Shown here: positions 37,197 through 44,711 of the stretch, piece after piece
How positions within the stretch are numbered: position 1 is the stretch's first letter
Layout: each line of letters begins with the position of its first letter
NCBI GenBank assembly: GCA_000697335.1
Contig: JNEM01010602.1
Coordinates: 1-44,711 of the forward strand
Source of the DNA: Conidiobolus incongruus B7586
Lineage: Eukaryota
Reading direction: 5' to 3'
Length of the DNA stretch: 44,711 nucleotides
Notes under the pieces: model-generated
The model's database searches: none
What the model was told of the DNA's origin: nothing
The model's input: the letters and a program-made list of their open reading frames with translations, nothing else
Made by a program: the position numbers and the translations under genes

Positions 37197-39560
37197 AAAA
37201 TGTTATAATAAATTAATAATGATTTATTTCATTATAATGGTCAAGAGTATTATGTATTATATGTGATAACTGGCACAATTTTTTAATTTACAATGTTGAA
37301 ATAAATATAATATAATTTTCATTCAACTTAATAATAATTTTGTCCACATTAATAAAATAAAGAATATCTCACATCAAATTTATGACAGAAACAAAGCTAC
37401 ATAATTAATAGTGCATAAGAGATTTTTTCAAAATTTGTAATTCTACCAAATCCGCTATAATATAAATTTGAAATCCAATATTATATGAGCTAAATTTCAT
37501 TACAGTATAATGACTTATTGAAATGTTGATATGTATAATATATCATATATGAATATTTGATGTATTGTTTATAGTATATTAATAATAGATACCATAATTT
37601 TGCTTAAAGAAATATTCATTATTTAAATGAAAATCGAAATTATTTCGATTGTGATAGTCTAATCCAAGGTATTGTCAGTAAGAGAATGAGTCATATAGGA
37701 ATATTTTAGTGAACAGTATATCAAATTAAAGGGTTATATTTTCATATTCGAGTAATATACAAGTGATTAGTAATGATATTAGAATTATTAATCGATTGCT
37801 CTAAATAACTATATTGGAGGATGGATTTTCACATATCAAATCAATAATTTGATTAAATTATAATCGAATTTAAATAAATCCATAATATGGTAATATTAAC
37901 CTGAACTAAGCATATTTGTATACCAATTATTCAGATTATTTATCAAAATAACTTATGATTGATATGTGGTATTTAAATTATGTACAAAACATTGACTTGC
38001 GTATTCTTGTTGATAATTCCTTATTTCCATAAATCAATAAAATTCCAAACAATATTTGTCAATTTAAATTTATTTTAAATTACTAAAAATAATACCAAAA
38101 GTTATTACATTTATTTTAATAATTAACCTTTTAATGTAAAGAGAATTTTCAAGTGATAAATTTTTAAATAGACACTAATTATGAAATATATAAGTTAATT
38201 CGGTATTATATTTCACAAATTATTTTTATAATTGAGTCAAAATTCTTATCAATAAGAATTTATCAATTTTAAAAAAAATATGTTTTAGTTGTATTTTTGA
38301 TTTTATTTCTTAATTATCATCCGAATACTGTCATATGATCATTATAAAATTTGATTTTGTATTTTAATTTTAACTGTACAACATTAGTTTCTCAAATATT
38401 GTGATTTTATATTAGCCATTAAGGCAAAATCATCATAAGATTTTTATTATTTGATATTGAAATCATCATACTAATTTAATAATAACAATCTTGAAAGAAA
38501 TATATTATTTATTTATACATTGTTAAATTTTAGAAAAATATTTTAATAAATTGATATCGGTTAAATAATTAAATATTATTTTTTTCTCTATATTTCCTTA
38601 ATAGGCAAAATTAAAACTATGATATCACATACTTTTTTAGATTAACAATTTAATAAAAGGATAATTTTAACATTGTCAATTATTATAAAATTTGTGTTGA
38701 GTAATATAATTGCGCTCCGGGCCGTCAATAATGAAAAGGAAATAGTTTTTTAATTTTCATTGTTTTAAAAAAATTAAACTGGTAAATTATACTCCATCAA
38801 ATATTAAGAGAAGCGGATTTAGCCACTTTAATTTGGTAATTTTGTTAATGTGTAATGGATAATTTTGAAGGATCTTGTGGGGTAATGTAGATTCAAATTT
38901 ATATTGATATTATCAGTTATGAATGTATGATAAAAGTACAAAACAAAATTATTTAATATATGAGTATTAAACGTTGCTGAAGTATCAATTGGGGTAATTG
39001 ATTACACAATAGACAATACAAAATTGGCTTATCTAATCTATTCAAACTATATATGACTAATCTTTGAAAAATTTACATATCCATTATACCATGGATATCA
39101 TGTGGATTTTATGTCAATATTAAAATTGTTCGTTATCCATATAATCAAGTGACTATGGGAAAATATCGATCATTTCAAACATTTTTTCAAGCATTCTTGC
39201 TATATCTTTAGAATCATAATAATGAAAAATATTAATCCGAGTTGATGAATAAGATGAAATTATAAATATTATGCATTATAATAAGTTTTTGAAATGTTTC
39301 AAAGAATTATCAATGATCATATTTAGATTCGAGAGCATTAAGTTATACAATATAAATAAAAATAATTACGAACACATGATTAATTGCATATAATATTTTA
39401 ATTTATTTTTATTATGAATGTATATATGATAATTGACAATTACCAAGTTATTATTGTTACTAAGAAAGATTGATTTTAGGTAAAAGTATTGATTATTATT
39501 TGGAATTTAATATGACCATATCCATATAATATCAATTAAATATAGATACAAAAACTAGAA

Positions 39561-40955
39561 TTAATGACGAGGAGATTCACTCGAAACAGGGTGGCTGGGC
39601 TCGACTTGAACTCCCTTTTCTCTATTATAATTAGCTTCAATATCAACATCAAAAGCATCGTCAATAGCTGTATCAATCCATTCCTTGCGACCGTAGGCAA
39701 TATCGTAATCAAAGTTACCTTCCCAGACAGACATAGCGATACAAGCAACACAGTTACCAGTCAAATTAATAGCAGTACGTCCCATATCCATTAAAGCATC
39801 AACACCAAGGATAACTTCAATAGCTTCAGCAGGGAGTTTGAAAGTATTTACTGTACCAGCTAAAATGACTAAAGAAGCACGAGGAACAGCAGCAACACCT
39901 TTACTAGTTAACATAAGTGTCAACATCATTACAATTTGTTGTCCGATGGGCATATCAATTCCACCAGCTTGAGCACAGAAAACGGAGGCAAGAGCCAAAT
40001 AAAGAGTGGTACCATCCAAGTTAAAAGAATAACCTGTGGGCATAACGAATGAAACTGTACCCTTGGGAACACCGAATTTTTCCATCAATTCCATAGCCTT
40101 AGGAAGAGCAGCTTCAGAAGAGGCAGTGGAGAAAGCAATTAAAGCGGGTTGGCCAATAACTTTGATTGTTTTTAATAGTGGTACGCGGCAAATTAATAAT
40201 ACTGGAATGAAGACTACAATTGAATAAATGATCAATGAACCGTATAAAGTACCAATCAAAGCAGCTAAGTTGACCAAAACAGCAGCACCGGCAGCATTAA
40301 TAGTAGCGGCTAAAGCACACATGATACCAATAGGAGCAAAGTTCATAACGAGTTCAGTTACTTTGAACATGATCATTGAAAGAGATTCGAGGAAGGTGAG
40401 CATAGGAGGCTTGAACTTTCTATCGACCAACATCAAAGCAACAGCAAACATGACAGCACAGAATACAACTTGAAGAACTTCATTATCTGACGAAGCTTTG
40501 AAAAAACTAGCGGGAACGACGTGGGTAACGATATCATGCCATGTGACGTGCTTAGAGTTCTGCATAGACTCCTTAAGCGTATCGCTGAGAACAATACCTG
40601 ACAAATCAATTCCTTTACCTGGCTTAATGACGTTAACAGCAATCATACCAATGATGAGAGCAATGGTTGTAGCAACTTCAAAATAAATGATACTCTTGAG
40701 AGCCAACATTCCTAACTGCTTGATGTCATCACCATGTCCAGCAATACCGACGACGAGTGTAGAGAAGATAAGAGGCACGATCAGACACTTGACCATGCTA
40801 ATGAACATCTTAGAAATATAGGTCAATTGAGTACGACTGAAGTCAGTGGGATCAAGCAGACCGATGATCAGACCTATGATCATAAAGATAAAGATCCATG
40901 CAGTTAATTTGAGCTTGCGAATGTATTTCCAGACTGTTTTAAATGGATTAGTCAT
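39561..40955 (-). CDS. Dicarboxylate/amino acid:cation symporter (DAACS/SDF; GltP/GltT/DctA-like), intronless; likely start MTNPF at 40955
   Basis: Motifs IVPLIFSTLVVGIAGHGD, YFEVATTIAL, AFSTASSEAALP, PTGYSFNLDGTTLY, LTSKGVAAVPRASLVIL and GVDALMDMGRTAINLTGN. TATATAAA lies on the minus strand at about 41007-41014. Confidence 0.95.
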   Translation of the reverse strand: MTNPFKTVWKYIRKLKLTAWIFIFMIIGLIIGLLDPTDFSRTQLTYISKMFISMVKCLIVPLIFSTLVVGIAGHGDDIKQLGMLALKSIIYFEVATTIALIIGMIAVNVIKPGKGIDLSGIVLSDTLKESMQNSKHVTWHDIVTHVVPASFFKASSDNEVLQVVFCAVMFAVALMLVDRKFKPPMLTFLESLSMIMFKVTELVMNFAPIGIMCALAATINAAGAAVLVNLAALIGTLYGSLIIYSIVVFIPVLLICRVPLLKTIKVIGQPALIAFSTASSEAALPKAMELMEKFGVPKGTVSFVMPTGYSFNLDGTTLYLALASVFCAQAGGIDMPIGQQIVMMLTLMLTSKGVAAVPRASLVILAGTVNTFKLPAEAIEVILGVDALMDMGRTAINLTGNCVACIAMSVWEGNFDYDIAYGRKEWIDTAIDDAFDVDIEANYNREKGVQVEPSHPVSSESPRH

Positions 40956-43900
40956 GATGAAAGTTATTAAATAAAAATTAGTTTTGTGATTTAGAGATTG
41001 CAAATTGTTTATATACTAGCGAATGTGCATCAATTACTAAATTCGTCATTAAAATTTTATTTCAGTTCCCCACCCATTATGGATTAGGATGATTTGATCC
41101 AGTCTTAATTCTTATTTCTGTGAGAGCGAAATTTGGAGATTATGATATTAAAATTATGCTGTGACATCTTGCATCAAACCACCTATTTTTTCCCCAGTAA
41201 TTTATATTGATATTTTTACTGCAGATTTTTGTTTTTGGATTTGATCATGGTCAAAATAGGAAAATTTAAAATTTATAAACAAGATTTCTACATTATTTCA
41301 AAGCTATATAGATAAAAAATTTCTTTCAAGGTACATAAATATTTAACTAGTATATTTATCATAAATTCTATTCAATGGTGGTAATAGCTATAATATTAGT
41401 TTTTTACAGATAATATAACACCCTAACATATTATATATTTGAATATTTCCATATTTAGAAAATTCACGTTACAAACCATGTTAAATTCAAATATATCATC
41501 TTTTATTTCAAAGTTCAAAAATTCAAAATATATTTCACCTTAATATAAATCATAATAACTGATGATTTTTCCAGTTATCCCAACAAAAAAAATCAAAAAA
41601 GACATTTGAGCATAAACCAAATTAACCAATAAAATATATAGTAATGCAATTATTGCACAACTCAGGAGTTGGCTCAAATAAATTTGAAACCAATCTATAT
41701 TTCATTTTTCATATTCATAAACTTTCCTTTTTAAGTGGAATTTTTCCGTACAATATATTCACTTGAATTACCTTTCCCATATCCAGCCAATTTTGTAAAT
41801 TTTTATTAATTAAATGATATCATAATTTAGTAAAAAAAACATTAAAATAGTGATCATTTGTTGAATACTTTATTTGAATTAATCAAGTTTACTGATCATA
41901 TGTATTATTATTTTTATCAAATATACATTATAACTTGATATATATTAGTATTAAATAGTTGACATTTGAATCAAAATTAGATAATTTTAGTTTAAAACGA
42001 ATAAAACATTTCTCAGATTACCAAATTGATGGATTATTTATATTTTGATATCATGGTTTATATATACTGAAAATTTGTCCAATTTATTAATAATTCTTAT
42101 TATAATATCTTATAACTATATATACTAGTTCAAGATTTTTAATAAAAATCTCAAATTCTATCATTACATAAATATAATTTTAAATGATGAAATTATTTTT
42201 AGTTCAATCAAATCCAATTTGTTTTTTTGATTAAAATTTGACTTCAATTATTTGATATAAAACACTTAAAACATATTATCAGAAATATAGAGGTAAACCA
42301 AAAAATACCATAATTTTTTTGAATTAAATATTTCGAGCATTAATATTCTCCAGAATTGAAGTTTTTATGCAAATACTCAAATTATGCTTCAATATAGAAT
42401 GTTCATTCTTTTTATACAATAATTTTGGCCTGAAAATTCCATGAAATTGGTCACATTTTTCATAAATTTAGATTATTTTATAAAATAATATCCTCATTAA
42501 TGTCTAAACTCTTTACTTGAATTCTAATTCTCAGCTTATATAATAAGTTTATATTGATTTAATTATAATCTATAAACAACTATATCACTAAACACCCACT
42601 TAATTATACTGAACAAATTTCAATAATGGAATCAAATTTTAGCTTGATAGATTGATTTATTAAATTAATTTATAGTTCTAATTTTTAACCTAAATTGGCT
42701 AATTTTTTTGACTTAATGTTATTAAATATCAAATTATTTGAATCATTGATTAATTATGTTTTGATTACTTTTTAACTAAATAAAATTATTGGTTAATTCA
42801 ATTCATGAAAGATATATTACTTTGAGTATTGAACTACGCCAACTTAATACTATAGCTTATTCTCTGTGTGTATGGACTTCAAAATATACACTAAATATAT
42901 AACTCAATTAATTCAATTATATTTGGTTAATCCAAATTTGGTAATATATTAAATCTCAAATCACAAATTTTAAATGATTATTTTATCTAATCTACAAAAT
43001 AATTATGCTAATATCAAACATGAAATCCTGTCCATTCCGGAAGGTTTTGAAAAACTGTAGTAAAAATAGAAGAGTTTTAAGTATTGTAAATCTGATATAG
43101 TTGTAAATGTTATTATATAGTATATAAGATTCAATTAATATAATCATTTTCAACACGTTTATTGTACATTGGGCTAAATTTTGAGTGGTAAGCACTATTT
43201 GATACTTGATACAGACATAATAATTTTGCCAACCTAATATCCAAAAGTAGCCTGATCATTTTATTGATTTTATATCGATATTAATAGAATTTTTGAAATG
43301 AATCAAAGTCAATAAATTAATGGATACTTTCTTATTTAGGGTGTTATAAGGAAATTTATTTAGCGTACCATAAGAGCTACAATTTTTAGCTTTTTGAGAT
43401 GCATTTTGATTATATTGTTCGATTGTTCAGTCTAATAATAATTAAAGATTTTTCTACGCTTGATTGATTCATATTGGGAAGTGATTTATCAATTTTCAGA
43501 AATGCTATTAAGTTATTGGTTTAAGACTCATGCTTAAAGATAACTTCAATAAAGTTAAGCATATTACCAGTAATATTTCAATTTATTTATATCTAATCAA
43601 ACAATATTAATTGACTAATTCAGATCTTATATTATATTATAGTCAGTTCAACTATTGTTATTTAATATATTTCGTTTCTATTGAGGTTAGATTTTTTTTC
43701 TATAATTTTGAACCATATTAACACAATAATTCAAAGTTATAATTCTAAAATTGAACATTTACCTTAGTTATTATAAAGTTGCAGCAATATTTTAGAGTAA
43801 TTAAGCAAAGTATCATGTGATGGTTTTACTTATTAATTCACAGCTTCGAAAATATATGGGTAAATCAAATTGCTTTATATGTTTGACTATAATGTTTGGC

Positions 43901-44201
43901 TATATATCGGATTAATTTTGATAAAACAATAGTTGGTTTATCATAAATCTTTGAGTGAATTTAAATCAAAATTATTAACCATTTAATAATTTACAAAATT
44001 CCGTTTAAAAGTTTAATAATTGCTTGTGCTTTGCTTTATTATACATTAATATCGTACCTTTAATATTAAGAATCAAATCTATAATTTTATAAAGAATAGC
44101 AGCGACGGTTAAGATTAAGGTTATGTTTATATATTAATAATTTATCTTTTAATTTTTAAAAATCTAAATTGATGAAAAAATTTTATCATAGGAGGTATAC
44201 A

Positions 44202-44296
44202 TGCTAAGGTCAAAACCACAAGTCAAGCTCTAGTGTATTGGATGAGTTATGACTTGCCTGAGTCACACTGTTAACTTTCGTTATCCTTGATTAGCA
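44202..44296 (-). other. Nested inverted-repeat / multi-stem structure in non-coding DNA
   Basis: On the minus strand: TGCTAA/TTAGCA and TCAAG/TTTGA closing stems, a TAAC-GAAA-GTTA tetraloop hairpin, and a GCAAGTCA...TGACTTGT hairpin. Confidence 0.45.
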
Positions 44297-44303
44297 CTTT
44301 ATG

Positions 44304-44322
44304 ATATATATATATATATATA
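44304..44322. repeat. (TA)n microsatellite
   Basis: Direct reading. Confidence 0.85.
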
Positions 44323-44679
44323 AAGATGAATACAAGAATCAATCTGAAACCTATATTTCATTGCTGGTTAAATATTACCTTTAGTGAAAAATTATTAGTT
44401 ATATTCAAATCTTATTGCATGATAATATTTAATAAAATGTTATATTGCTATTTGGGTGATAATTTCGAATATTCTTAGAATTCCAAATAAATATAAAATA
44501 TATCCAATTCCAATATATTTGATGTTATAAAGAATTACAATCAAAATAAAATTTATCTGTAATTTATAATATTTATTAGTTCAGGAAGAAATAATGGCAA
44601 ATTTTATAATTTCTGATTATTCAAACATATTGTTAGTTTTGAGTAATTGATTATATAAAATATAGAGGATGATTAATAC

Positions 44680-44684
<5 letters not shown>

Positions 44685-44711
<27 letters not shown>
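44685..44711. repeat. (TA)n microsatellite running to the window end
   Basis: Direct reading. Confidence 0.9.

Noticed and set aside
34804..39535. Hidden gene, CRISPR-like array or long repeat in the 4.7-kb AT-rich gap
   Set aside because: No spliceable coding signal, periodic repeat or long inverted repeat was seen apart from a (TA)n tract. A highly degraded element cannot be excluded by eye.
39536..40686. Extra ORFs overlapping the DAACS gene
   Set aside because: Shadow frames produced by codon bias in a hydrophobic protein gene.
1216..40955. Host-wide non-standard genetic code (TAA/TAG as sense)
   Set aside because: Conserved host genes end at TAA, TAG or TGA at the expected positions, and the exons I translated have no internal stops. 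In-frame stops were seen only in regions that also carry frameshifts.

Overview
Very AT-rich eukaryotic DNA with short GT-AG introns (mostly about 40-60 nt), fungal-type proteins and a eukaryotic tRNA-Ile(AAT). It is most consistent with an early-diverging fungus (inference from gene content, not a taxonomic search). Host genes that can be rebuilt by splicing or read directly: mitoribosomal mS35/RSM24, LSM2, SUA5, CFD1/NUBP2, an Atg14/Vps38-family protein, GPI1/PIG-Q, a Spa2-like scaffold, TAF2, a Thr-rich putative GPI-anchored protein, a LisH-WD40 protein, a Cys-type glutathione peroxidase, a divergent Pho85-like CDK and a bacterial-type DAACS (GltP/DctA-like) symporter. Most notable: (1) an intact gene fusing a Pro/Gln/Ser-rich region to the C-terminal cysteine-rich domain of a piggyBac transposase, a candidate domesticated transcription factor; (2) two intronless, frameshifted islands of unknown origin (3241-4201 and 31004-31944), the second with only TAG internal stops and abutting a PPR pseudogene; (3) a possible 25-nt intron in the WD40 gene; (4) two candidate structured RNAs in non-coding DNA. 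All calls come from reading the sequence by eye; no searches or folding programs were run.
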